From: Octopus sinensis
Taxonomy: Eukaryota
DNA: 64,000 nt
Direction: 5' to 3'
Assembly: GCF_006345805.1 (NCBI RefSeq)
Contig: NC_043005.1
Span: 60,946,001 to 61,010,000 of the forward strand
Shown: in pieces, positions 41,498 to 54,339 of the stretch
How positions within the stretch are numbered: position 1 is the first letter of the stretch
How the letters are laid out: every line of letters begins with the position of its first letter
Translations under genes and position numbers: made by a program
Notes under the pieces: model-generated
What the model saw: the letters and a program-made list of their open reading frames with translations, nothing else
What the model was told of the DNA's origin: nothing
The model's database searches: none

Positions 41498-42217
41498 TAC
41501 ATACATACAGACATATATATATATGCTCATGCACGCATATAGTACGTTTCTATTTCTTTGACCTCAGATGGAACAGACCAATGATTATGAGCGATACAAC
41601 CTACGCAGTAGCAGACTGTGATTTCGTATATGATGGACTACATTATTCTATTAGCTTTAGCAATAAAGTGTTATTTTTAAGAAGATATAAGCTCTTATTT
41701 TCGAGCAGGCTGGACGTGTATTTGAATAACGAAATACTTCTTCTATTAGTTTTCCGGCTGACGTAGTTGACACATTATGCAACTTCATTTGTCAGTGTCT
41801 TTTCCACCTGCATCTCAGCATTTATATTTACAATCTAGTTACGTAGGCGTTAATAAATTCGAATTTGCGAACCAAAAACATGTTTAATCAATAAGAGTAT
41901 AAATGCATTAACATCACGCGCTTAGAATGGTGTTGTAGTTTGATCTACTGCGTGAGAATTTTCCATTCAATAAAATGGAATATTGATGAATTTCAGTGGT
42001 CTGTTTCGAGGTACCGACTTAGGCCAAGATTTAGAAATGCAATCTCAGTATGTAGACGTACATACGTCACACGACGCGCAGACTCACATACACAAATACA
42101 TACACAGATACACACATTACACATTATATATGTGCACATATATATATATATATATATATATAAAGAAACATATTTGTGTATGTATATATATGTGTGTGTG
42201 TGTATACACATACACAC

Positions 42218-42264
<47 letters not shown>

Positions 42265-42405
42265 TTAACTAGTTTCAGCTCAGAGCTGCGGCCATGCTGA
42301 TAATGAGTGTGTTTGTGTGTGTGTGTTTCAAAATGTAAATACATGTGTATTGTTGGCGATTACTTTTCCTCCGTCGGCCTTTTCTCTCGGCTTACCTGTG
42401 TCTCT

Positions 42406-42442
42406 TGTTTCTGTAGAAGGGTTTTGCTCGAAACGTAAAGCA
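42406..42442 (+). ncRNA. Minimal type I hammerhead ribozyme-like fold (variant core CUGUAGA) within a Penelope-pLTR-like repeat (about 42340-42545)
   Basis: Stem I TGTTT/AAGCA (5 bp, one GU); core CTGTAGA+A; stem II GGG-ttttg-CTC; GAAA; palindromic ACGT; triplet GUA. Confidence 0.6.
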
Positions 42443-42574
42443 CCCTTTCTTTCCTTCCTTGAGCGTCTTTTAATACATTGCATTACTACGTCCTCGCGTT
42501 GCTGTTTTTTCCTTGTGTTTTTTCTTCGTTTATTATTAACTATACATATATACATGTGTGTGTGTGTGTGTGTG

Positions 42575-42830
42575 TGAAGGCGCGTGGTTTTGTGGATAGG
42601 GTGTTGGACTCATGATCGTAAGATTGTGGTTTTGATTCCTGAACCAGGGCACACGTTGTGTTCTTGAACAAAGCAATTCACTTCAAGTTGTTCCAGACTA
42701 CTCAGCTGGAACAAGTGAGTAAACCTTTGACAGACTGACGTCACGTCCAGGTCGAGTACATATACGCTATAGAAACTGGGACACCGGCTCTGTGGGTCTA
42801 CCTTACTCGGAAGGAACTTTACTTAACTTT
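42575..42830 (+). mobile_element. SINE family C (tRNA head, CORE-like middle)
   Basis: GAAGGCGCGTGG..TGTGGATAGG (A-box-like), GGTTTTGATTCC (B-box-like), GTTGTGTTCTTGAACAAAGCA. Confidence 0.75.
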
Positions 42831-43464
42831 TTATATATAATTTTTCATTTATAATTGTTTCTGTTATTTGGCTGCTGCCGTTATGTTTAGGGAAAGCTAT
42901 AAAGCGTTTAATATAGAAAGCTGTTCCAAGCAGTTTTTCTAAAAACTTGAATGCAATTTATCGGACCCTGTAACCGAACCGCTAGATTCCAGGAACGTAC
43001 ACTTATGGTTACCGGCTACCAAGGGGTGGCTGACCGTTGGCCATAGTAGACAGCACTTGCCCAAGATGCTGCACAATGGTACCGAACACGAAATAACACA
43101 TTTGCAAAGTGATCTTCTTAAGCACATACAGCCATATCTGCACCTATACATATATCCGTATATTCATTCTTCCATGCATACATTTATCTTTCCCTTCCTT
43201 TTCGTACATGTCCAAATCTTATGTACCCTGGATGTAAGGTCAGAAATTTGTCCTTTGCTGGTGGCGGTTATTCAGTGAGAAGCATTGATACATGGTGGTG
43301 ATAATAAGCCTAGCATTTCTTTAGTGATATATCAACTCTGTAGAAGTTTTGAAACTTAAGATTATGTTGCCTTCACTAGTAGAGTTAGTCTTAATTTGCC
43401 ATTTGGTAATTTTGATATATATACTTTGGAGGTGATGGTAGTTTTCGAAAGAATTAAGAACCTA

Positions 43465-43870
43465 GGTGCAGGAGTGGTTGTGTGGTAAGTAGGTTGCTTA
43501 CCAGCCACATGGTTCCGGGTTCAGTCCCACTGCGTGGCACTTTGGGCAAATGTCTTCTACTATAGCCTCGGGCCGACCAAAGCCTTGTGAGTGGATTTGG
43601 TAGACGGAAACTTAAAGAAGCCCGTCGCATATATGTATATATATGGTTGTGTGTGTGTGTAACTATGTTTGTCCCCCCAACATCGCTTGACAACCGATGC
43701 TTGTGTGTTTACGTCCCTGTAACTTAGCAGTTTGTCCAAAGAAACCTATAGAATAAGTACTAGGCTTACAAAGTATAAGTACTGGGGTCGATTTACTCAT
43801 TTACTCGACTAAATCTGGTGCTCCAGCATGGCCACAGTCAAATGACTGAAACAAGTAAAAGACTAAAAGA
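43465..43870 (+). mobile_element. Full-length SINE family A with internal (TA)/(TG) tract
   Basis: GGTGCAGGAGTGG.TGTGTGGTAAG...GGTTCCGGGTTCAGTCCC...GGTGCTCCAGCATGGCCACAGTCAAATGACTGAAACAAGT. Confidence 0.92.
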
Positions 43871-43978
43871 GAACATATACCAGCATTTATCAATGTCAGT
43901 CATAACCGCTCGAATTATTTCTCTTCTTCTCCCACACATACACAGATACTCGTGTGCATATATGCGTGTATATATATA

Positions 43979-44025
<47 letters not shown>

Positions 44026-44188
44026 GTGAGGAATTGATGGTGAATACGTCGAAAGAATTGAAGTAATGAATAAACATTCTGGTACCTACCATCTTCTGAC
44101 TCTCTCATCAATCAAATACCCAAGGAACACTATGAAAGTGAATAGGCTGTACTGGTACGCTACCAAGTGTATTCCATACGATTTATTA

Positions 44189-44227
<39 letters not shown>

Positions 44228-45309
44228 AGAGAGAGAGAGAGAGATGCATACACGTATATGTGTATATATGTATGTATATATATATACATATATATACATA
44301 TATGAAAGTATGAATGTATGTATGTATGTATGTATGTATGTATGTGAGTGTGTGCTTGTGTGTGTGTATACATATGTGTATGTTATATTCGGTGTATATT
44401 TTAAGCTTTCTTCAGCTGCAGAATTCATGCCGGTCACTAACAAAGTCGCTAGGTTGTTTTGTTGTTATTTTTTTTTTTGGTGGGGGGGGGGCGGAGTAAG
44501 ACCGCTTGTGTTTGTGGTTACGTGAATTGGTTGCTATATACTAATATATATATCTTTGAATGTATATGTATTCCATATAATGTTATTTTGTATTTAATGA
44601 TCAGCAAAGAACCTTAATTGTTCAATCCCTGAATTGTTTTACAAATTTTCTCCCTGCCCCCTTGCAATTGTTTCTGCAGAATGGGAATGTGTTTATTGCT
44701 CCGCAGAAACCATATATACTCCAGTTTCCACTCAGATCTGTTGTCACGTCACCAGGTACATTTATTATAACAGGAACAGTTAAAAATCTGTAGCTTGTTC
44801 TTATTTCTTTCAAACTTCAAAAATGCATTCCTATCCCATGTTCAATAATCTTTCCTCATTTAAGTACCAAATATGAGCACCTTTCCTCACCGGAATACAT
44901 TTCATTGTCCCGTGAGATGTTCCAAACAGATGTATCTGCCTCTTGCTGTAATATATATTCATATATATATATGTATAAGCGTACATACAGATTCTTTTTT
45001 AATTTTATCTTTCTCAGTAGTATTTTCGTACCTATTACACTTTACTTTTTGTCATATCTACATCTCTATCTGCCCACTCACTCCTACACACACACGAACA
45101 CCAAAAAGTGTTTGTACTGAAATTTATATTGAAGTGTGAAAGAAGTATTTAACTTCCCATTTGTTCATTACTTGTTTACCATAATACACATACACAAAAC
45201 GCACAAACACGCACACACACACATACACATACGCACAGTCACACATAATGTATATATACACACACACACGCATTCAAACTATACATAAAAGTACATACGC
45301 GTACATATT

Positions 45310-48060
45310 TGTTTGTGTGAAGGAAATAAGTTTTCTTTTAGAAATGTATTTTCACAAAACACGAACGTACTGTTGTTATCTTCACTATTTTAATTGTTTT
45401 ATTCTCACATTATTCTTTAAATTCTGTTTGGATCTGTTAAATTTCCAGATCAATCAACATTACTTTTATCGAATTTTTTTTGTTGGTAGAATGTGTTAAT
45501 ATTGTGTTATATTCCACAGGAATTGATGGTGTGCTAATGATGTCATTATCGTTGGATTTTACTTGTTTTTAATGTTAACAGGTTTCTTTCAGCTAAGAAA
45601 TAAAGGTATATTTTTTTACCTAAGGTTTTCTTTCTTTTCCTGCTATATTCTGCTATGAATAAACGAAAAAGATTACAATTTTAGTTTTTACTTTATATGA
45701 TCCAATTCTGTACTTCAACAAAGATTATTTTGTATAGCTTTATATTTAGTGTTGAGTGGTGTAATGTGTTGGAGTGTCTATCTCTTTAAAAGGCATTCTC
45801 AGCCAACGAACACGTTCTTGTAAGGGCACGCATTTTACAACATTCATATGTGCTAACTAATTTGTAAAATATATCAGCCATTTAAGGTTTTGATGCTTGT
45901 AGAAAATCTATTTAACACGGTGTTGTTGTTTTTTAATCTGTTGGTAATGCTACTTCAATACGGAATGTTATGCTTTATGCAATTACAATAACAGTGTTAA
46001 ATCAAAAGTCATTTTAGTTCATGAAGTACATTTTACATGCCTTTTGGTTTGTTTTTACTCAACCAAATTCACAGAATTGAATTTATTTTTAAAAAATTGT
46101 TTCACTTTTATGTTGTACATTTACATTTATTTTACTTTATAATAGCGTATTTGTAGTCACTAAATAAATATACATAATTTGTTTGTACTCTCTCGATGTT
46201 TTTACTGCTTCCTTTGAGGAAAAATCTCTATAAATTTCTTCAACGTATCAGATTTTACTTCTATATACACGAAAAAATTTACTGCTATGATACATGTATA
46301 TGTCGTTCATAGTATATGTAATATAAAGTGACAAGTTATTCCCTGTGTTTTCTTCTTACATATTTACATCAAGAATTATCGTGTGGCTTGAATTTTTACT
46401 TTGAGTCATCTAGTTATTAAAGATAGCTACAGAGTTATTTATCAAGGAGATTTTAGCCTTGGGACTTGTTCCAAGAAATGCGCCATCAATGTGCTAAGTA
46501 TGGCTTACGTTGTATTCTGGAATAACTTCAATTTCAAAGCAACTCACACAATGCACGGCAAAAGAATGTTATCCTTCATATGTGTATGAATTGCTTTGTA
46601 GACAATTTTAAGTTGTAAAGATTCAGGAAGTGTTCTTAAGATGTTCACTTATGCGTGTTATTTTAATAGTGGATGTTATTAAATGCAATTCAGTATATTT
46701 CAATTTTCGTTTTCACCAAAAGTACATTGATATGAATTCGTAATACTTCTAGGCTAAATTGCTGCAAAAATTGTTTGTCTAATCTAAGATTCTTCAGTTA
46801 AAGGAATGGTATAATTCTACTCTGTACATTGTTTAACTATGAAACTTAACTAATCTTCATTGTTAATCAGATTGTTTGGGAAATTATCGACTAAAGACCG
46901 TTATACAATCTCTTGAATTTTATGTCTTCATCAATAAAACTAGGTAAATTATTTTGTTGTGACGTGGGGTACATTCTATTTTTGTCTATACTGTATAAAT
47001 CTCAATTTATAATTGGATTGCACCATTCTTAGACATTATCATAGATTTGCTGATTTCACATAAGAGATCGTAAATATGTTATAAAAAACCGTCGTTATCT
47101 GTAATAACAAATAAATTGCTATGATCGCATTTACTTATTACGATTTTATTATCGTGTTTTTAGATCGTACATAACTTGTTTGAGCTGCGGGTTAAGTACT
47201 TTTTTATGACTGTGCGAGTATAATGTTTATTGCTTTTTTCCCTGGAGTTATTCTTCAATATTCTAGTTTATTTTTATAATGTAGATATAAGGATCTCTAA
47301 GCATTGGATATGTACTTCCAATTCGAATTATTTTCCGTTTCGAAAACATTTCTCATATAGTTTAAACTTAGTACCAAGATTGATTACTGATAATTTTTAT
47401 AAACTGGGTATGTGATATAATAGTTTAATAAATCTTTTTTTCCTACGTTGGCATATATTATTTACAATTATAAATACTCCTTAAGTCTTTGCATTTGTGT
47501 TTTTAATCTGATTGAAAAAGATGCCTTTATATTACAATATGTGTGACAATATCAGTTGAGAAGTGTTACCTATAAACCTATTCATAAATATTCAGTCTTT
47601 AGAAGTAGCATATGATATATAGTCGTTCTATAAATTTTTATGTGCATATTTGACATTCAATTTATTTCTCTTATAATTCTATTGTCTGTTTTTGTTTATC
47701 AACAATAGCAGAAAGGGAAATAAAGAAAAGTTCTAGATTAGTTCCTATAACCATTCTAGGGTCTATGAAATAGAAGAAAAATTTGCAACTCTTGGGTTGG
47801 TGTAGTACAAAACAACGTATCTTTCTACGGTGATAACTCTAAATCTGAGTGGATACCATTCAATGAATGCAAAAGGTATCTAGGTGGTCTAAAGCAACGG
47901 GAAGGATTACGTCCGCAACAAAAGGAAGGGATAAATCCAACGAGTTTACGCCCAGATTCTGTGCACATGATTTCATACACTTGATTTTGTTTAACGCACG
48001 GAACAATGAGGCACTTTTTATGAGATTATATAGAAAATAAACATGTTTACAAACAAACAT
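45310..48060 (+). other. SINE-free and microsatellite-free T-rich unique block, candidate long 3' UTR
   Basis: About 2.8 kb without any of the window's repeats; T/GT-rich on +; AATAAA at 48036-48041 followed by GT-rich sequence; no ORF recognised. Confidence 0.35.
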
Positions 48061-48874
48061 TATAAAAATGCCGACCCTGCTTTGAAGCTATAGATTCGCT
48101 GTAATCCAATTCATGAGAAAACGTGCTTCATTCAGGTATTTAATAACATATCAGCCAAGTACTATGCTACAATGTGTATGTGTGTGTGTATGGTGTGTGC
48201 GTGCATGTGTGTATGTTTTTTGTTCGTTTGTTTGGTGTGTGTGTGAGAGTTAGTATGGATCGTTTCTGTTTGGCGGTCACTTTTCAATTTCTTCAATTTT
48301 GTTCAAACTGATTTCATATTTTGTGTAACGATGTAGTTTGGTAAAATAATCATTTACATGATATTCATGTTTGCCATAAATCAATGACTAAAGAGTTAAT
48401 AGCTTTTAAATTTTGAGAATTTTGAGTACTTTTTAACCAATCAAAAGCCACAGTACCTATTTCCATAGTAACAAGCCAAGCTGTTACCAAGCTATTTACC
48501 CACGTGGTCATCTATCGTTTATCAAATCCTTAAAATACATGAAGTGTGAGTTTATGGTAAGATGTGTTGAAAACAACAGGTAAATAGGCTTTAATTCACG
48601 CACGAAAAGTTTTTGAATGGGGATGCATAATCGTATGTAGACTACTAATTCTGGAATTTCCACAAATTAAAACAGTTATATGGGGTGCGTAAAGGAGAAT
48701 CTGCAAATATTTCCTTTGTTTGTAGTTGACATCTGGTCTGGTGCAGTCACGCACAAAATAACAGGTTTCAAATTTTATTTCCCGACTGGGTAAACATTTT
48801 TTAAACATGTGTTTGGAAAAAGTGAGATTCGGCATGGACATTTACATCAAAACACCAGATTTTAGAATTTTAGA

Positions 48875-48912
<38 letters not shown>

Positions 48913-49252
48913 GTGTGTATATATATATATATTATTGACATGTAACTTCAAGATCCAAGGTTCAAGGTGTAGGAAGTTAGCAAGCTTCGAGCAGTTTGTG
49001 ATACGTGCAAAAACAACTTTAAGAAAATAAGAAAAAAAAAGGCATCGGCATACCCTGTGTGCAGGTTTTGCAACTTATACTGTGGCTTACAATGCGTTGT
49101 TTACCCATGCTTCTTAGTTGAACTGAATTGATTTTTTCTTTTCAGTATCACCATTACAGTTAATTGTACTCTGATGAAATGGAGAAATCGGTATGAAGAA
49201 ATCAAATCCTAAATAGACGGAACCCTCCAATACGTTACTGGACGCATGCACG

Positions 49253-49296
<44 letters not shown>

Positions 49297-49354
49297 CACA
49301 CATAGTTACATATCTATGTATGTATTTATGTAAGTATGTATGTACCTACACGTG

Positions 49355-49640
49355 TCTACGAGAATAAGGATACCATGACCAGTACACACATCGACGAGCG
49401 TCGATTCATATGAAAAAGGGAACAAAATAATATACCCACTGTTTATAAGGAAATTTGTAAGTTCGATTTCCCGCTTTTAAGATAATCAAACCAAATGTTC
49501 ATCATTTCGAGCCTCTCACCAAATGAGTATTTCTGCCAAATGTGATAAAAATCCATTCAGCCATTTTCCAGTAACTTTGCAAACAAACAAAGACGAGTGA
49601 TTACAATACCCTGCTTTCGCTTACGCGCGCACTGTAATAA
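49355..49640 (+). mobile_element. Possible HINE/DINE-1-like non-autonomous Helentron remnant
   Basis: GCCAAATGTGATAAAAATCCATTCAGCC...CAAACAAACAAAGAC...3' GC-rich CGCTTACGCGCG then TAATAAT resembles the HINE layout; recognition only. Confidence 0.35.
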
Positions 49641-50877
49641 TAGTTATTGACATAGAAGATTGTAGGCCCTACCCATATCGAAGCTCGTTAAGCTGAAAAA
49701 AGTTATTTTATACATCATTGTTAGCAACTAGGTTAGCCTTAAATGCGAAGAAAAATCCAAATTGGGGAAATGGAGCAGGTAAAATCCAGGCTATATATGT
49801 TTCGTAGCTAAGAGATCCTCAGAAGTAATAATTATCCACCATCTACTCATCAGACCGAAGATACCTTAGTTAAATAGAAGTTTACATTGTCGTTAAGGAA
49901 TGCCAAGATAACTCGCCGGAGGTATAATTTAAAATGATTGGTGAAGCCAGATGAACAAAGAAAAAAATGCAGAATGGAAGAACATATGTAGGAAGAATTA
50001 AAATGTTTGGGAATAGAAAAGAAGGAAGAGGTAAAAAAAGTAATGAGTGAGCAATTGTCTAAAGTTGTTAAGAATAATATAGCAGTCGGGGATGAAGGGG
50101 GGTTTTTAGCCGCATGGATGCATATACGTTTATAAACAATAAAAAAAGAAAAGAAACAATTTTGAGAAGTGAAATGGTCAAGAATGAAAAGAAAAAGAAA
50201 AGAAGAGGTTAAATATGTAGGAAGACGAGTAAGAAGGATTATCTAGGAGTGAAGAGAAGAGGAGTGGAAAGAAAGAAACGAGACTGGGAAATACGTTTCA
50301 AGCCATTAGAGAAATATAATACTCGGGGTTGAATTGGCGGCTTACTACTTAACAGTAAAACTACACATTCGCATATCTATCAATTTGTCTATTTGTGTAT
50401 CCATATATATTTACGTATTCATATATATATATATATATATATATACAGAGAGAGAGAGAGAGAGAGATTGACAGATACATACTGCCGTATGGAATGGAAT
50501 GTAACAAAGCTTTGAAGATTTAGCTAATTACAACTCATATTCTTGGATTAATCTAATAATAAATATTGAATACAAGGAAACTTCTTAGCAGTTCAAATGT
50601 GCTTAGGGCATAAGTGTATTTATACACATCACCGTTTAGCAATTCCCTCCAGTATTATATTTACGGCGAGCAACCTATTGGCACAACCAATATCAGTACA
50701 ATGACAGGGATATAGTAAACGTTCGTTGTGTTCCCCTCTCCGGAGTAAATAAATAATCCAACATGCATATGTCCACGAGAGATTTCGAACTGACTCGGTA
50801 TGCTTACACCACGTCCTTTGCACTGAGTGTATATATATATATATATATTATATACACGCACACAGAGAGGAGTATTC

Positions 50878-50931
50878 ATTACAACCGTCAGACAAACGGG
50901 AACGTGAGACTCAGAGTAACAGCTCTGTGAT
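50878..50931 (+). ncRNA. Type I hammerhead fold, tandem copy 1 (decayed: U4A, G8A, A14G)
   Basis: ATTACA..TGTGAT outer stem I, CCGT/ACAG inner stem I, CAGACAA, ACG-ggaa-CGT, GAGA, CT-cag-AG, triplet GUA (A at 50918). Confidence 0.65.
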
Positions 50932-50951
50932 AATCTTGCAGCTTTAATAAA

Positions 50952-51048
<97 letters not shown>

Positions 51049-51086
51049 GGTATATATATGATGAATATACACACACAGGTGTATTC

Positions 51087-51140
51087 ATCACAACTGTCCG
51101 ACGAACGGGAACGTGAAACACTGAGTAACAGCACTGTGAT
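51087..51140 (+). ncRNA. Type I hammerhead fold, tandem copy 2 (U4C only in the core)
   Basis: ATCACA/TGTGAT (6 bp) + 1x3 internal loop + CTGT/ACAG (4 bp); CCGACGA; ACG-GGAA-CGT GNRA hairpin; GAAAC-actga-GT; triplet GUA (A at 51127). Confidence 0.75.
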
Positions 51141-51729
51141 AATCTTGTAGCTTTAATATATATATACACGCACTCAGATACATATATGTGTATGTATGTA
51201 TGTATATATATATATGTATATATATGTATGTATATATATATATACATACATACATATCTATATTTATATATTATAATAGGTTAGGCCGGTTTATTGGGTT
51301 ACCCACTGTTTCTCGCTCATAACTGGTTTAGCCTTACGGGGTATTTGAAGATGTGCCGTAACGCTAAACACCTCATGTGCGAGAAATCCAGGGGAACTCC
51401 ATAAATGGCGTACCCCTCTACATCATAGCGTATGCTTCACCTTCGATTTATGTATGAACGATATATAATATATATATATACACATATATTGTTATACAAA
51501 GACAGAAAGACAGACACCGCAAACAAGACATACATATATGTACTTCTTCGTGACCAAACTTTTAGGACTTATATTGCTCCTACTGGAAATCTCTGAATTA
51601 CTGCTTGTGTGATTTTTAATCTACTCACAGAAAATAATTATTAAACCTTCTTTCAGATCCCACTTCCTACGACGGTAGAATTTTATGAGCAATGAAAACA
51701 ATTTAATATACTGTAGAATATTTATATGT

Positions 51730-51792
<63 letters not shown>

Positions 51793-52219
51793 CTAACTGT
51801 ATATATTGAATTGCAGCCAAAAGTGAACACATGTAGCTACTTAGCTCTATATGTATATACTCCAGTGGATTGCTTTTGTTCATTTCTATTTAAAAATAAT
51901 CTTTGAAGTATAAGATGAATTGAATTCAATAAGAATAATATTCAGAAATTAATTTGAGGCAGCGAAGCCATAGTTTGGTATGATGGAAGATGTGATTCAG
52001 TAAGCAATTTTATGTCTAAATTATTGATATTCGGTTTTAATTAAATTTCTGTTAAGGAAAATATCTGTTACTGATCTACGATATAGTTAGTACTCGGCAC
52101 TGGCGTAAGTTCTTTATTAGGCTTGGGTAGAAACTGTATTGTCAATTATTTCCTGTTTTAGTTTAGCTCTATTTATGTCACTATAACAGGTGAGTAAATG
52201 AGGAAGCCACTAGATGATC

Positions 52220-52260
52220 ACAGAATGATAATAACAATAATAATAATAATAATAATAATA

Positions 52261-52301
<41 letters not shown>

Positions 52302-52321
52302 GTAATAATAATAATAATAAG
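52220..52321. repeat. (TAA)n array abutting a Dong/R4 element
   Basis: Directly visible. Confidence 0.97.
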
Positions 52322-53482
52322 ACATCAGGAGCAAAGACAAGGAACACAAGAAGGATGCTGAATGGTTGCAAGCACTGAAACAAACAGTAGTCTGTCAAAA
52401 ATAGGCAGGACTAGTCATTTCAGTTAGGGATTGAAGGAAATCAGCAAACAAATGGCTAACTGGAAGCACTTAGGGACCAGATGGAGTTGAAGGCTACTGG
52501 ATCAAAAGATTTGGTAAATGTCATGCACGAATAGCCGCACAACACAATTTCTTAAATGCCGCCGAAGTAACACCAATTGGTCGACAATGGAGTGGACATC
52601 GCCGTACTTGAAAAACATCGAAAAAGGCAATACAGTAGGCATTTACATGCCAATATCCTGCTTGTTACTTTTGTGGAAATTGTTGACTGGAATAGTGGCA
52701 GAGTCAATGTACGGACATCTGGAAAAAATGGAGTCCTGCCACATGAGCAGAAGGGTTGAAAGCCTAAGTGCAGTGGTAGCAATGATCAACTCTTGGTAGA
52801 CAAAACTGTACATAGAGACTGCAAAAGAAGAAAAACTAATTTAGCCATGTCATGGATCGTTTATCGTTAGGCGTACAAAAATTATACCTCATTCCTGGAT
52901 TATGGAGTGTATGAATCTATTTGGTACTGCATCGAATGTTAAACGATTGCTTGGAAAAAGTATAGCGAAGTGGAGGACGGAACTGACAACGCATGGAAGA
53001 AGTTTAGGTACAATAGAAATCAGGAGAGGCATCTTCCAAGGGGTCACTGCCTGTCCCCACTGATCTTTGTACTGTGCATTATACTAATAACACTGATTCT
53101 GAAGAAATCAAAGGCTGGGTATGTATCCAAAAGCCGCCAACAAGAAGTCAACCATGTATTACACATAAATGACCTCAAAATTTATGGTAAAGAGGAAACC
53201 CAAGTCAGTTCCCTCGTTGATACGTACGGTGTATACTTTCAGAGCTGATATCAGAATTGAGTTCGGACTGAAAATATGTGGTTTGTTAGGCTTGAATAGA
53301 GGCAAAATCAAACGTATGGACAGGCTAGCTATATCGTCGGGGAAGGTTATAAAGCAGATAGAAGAGATGGGCTATTAGTACTTGGGGATATTGGAAATGG
53401 ATAAATTGATGGAGAAAGAAATGACAGATCCTTAAGTCGAAATTAATCGGACGGAATAAGATTGAAGCAGTCAAAACCTGGA
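52322..53482 (+). mobile_element. Decayed Dong/R4-clade RT-domain fragment (second subfamily)
   Basis: NWKHLGPDGVEGYWIKRF, PISCLLLLWKLLTGI, PHEQKG, PHSWI, IRRGIFQG.CLSPLIFVL, NHVLHINDLKIYGK, FGLKIC, YLGILE, LKSKL.GRNKIEA. Confidence 0.88.
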
Positions 53483-54339
53483 TGAGGAGGAGGAGGAGGA
53501 GGACATAAAGTAAGCATATAGCTACAAAAATATATGTGGATTATATAAGCCATTTAACGAATATCATAGCTTGATAAGCAATTATTTGTTTTGTTTTATT
53601 TTGCTTTTATTTTTCCTCCACCTCCACTCGTCGAAAAGTTGAAAGGAAAAGTTATCTACAGCGTGATTTGAACCCAAAGTATAAAATTATGTGATTTCGT
53701 TGCCATGACGATACGCCAAAAAATCAATGATTAAAAAAGGTCATTATACTAACTCTATTTTCTGCACACACAAGAAAAAATAATTGTTCATTCTTTTTAT
53801 ATATATATTTATTAGCTTTATTTCATGAATTACTGTATTGACATTTCTTTGAAATTTCTACAACAATGCAGGCATTCAATAATGTTTTTCTATTCTTTCT
53901 TTTAATCTCTTTTGCTGTCACTGGTTTCAGTCATTCGACTGCGGCCATGAGGGAAAACAGCCTTAGATTTTGAATCGATTGTATTCTCTTGTACTTATTC
54001 GATCTACGAAAACAGCAAAAGACGACTTTAAGTATAAAGGGATGTCGCAAGGCAAGGTATATACACATATATATATCGAGTGACAGAGAAAGAGAGAGTG
54101 TGTGTGTGAGAGAGCGAGAGAGAGTGAGAGAGTGAGAGAAAGAGAGTGAGCGAGAGAGAGTGAGAGAGAGGGAGATTAAGAGAGAGACATCGATGTACAG
54201 ATATAGGCTGACATATATCCAGAGATAGAGATATAAATACATACATAAATATATATATATCGACACCAATATATAATATAGACATACATATGTGTATGTA
54301 TGGCATGTATGCGTGTATATATATCATTAAGTGTCGAGA

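Noticed and set aside
49785-49828. Minus-strand CTGAGGA...GAAACATAT hammerhead candidate
   Set aside because: Canonical core but neither stem I nor stem II pairs.
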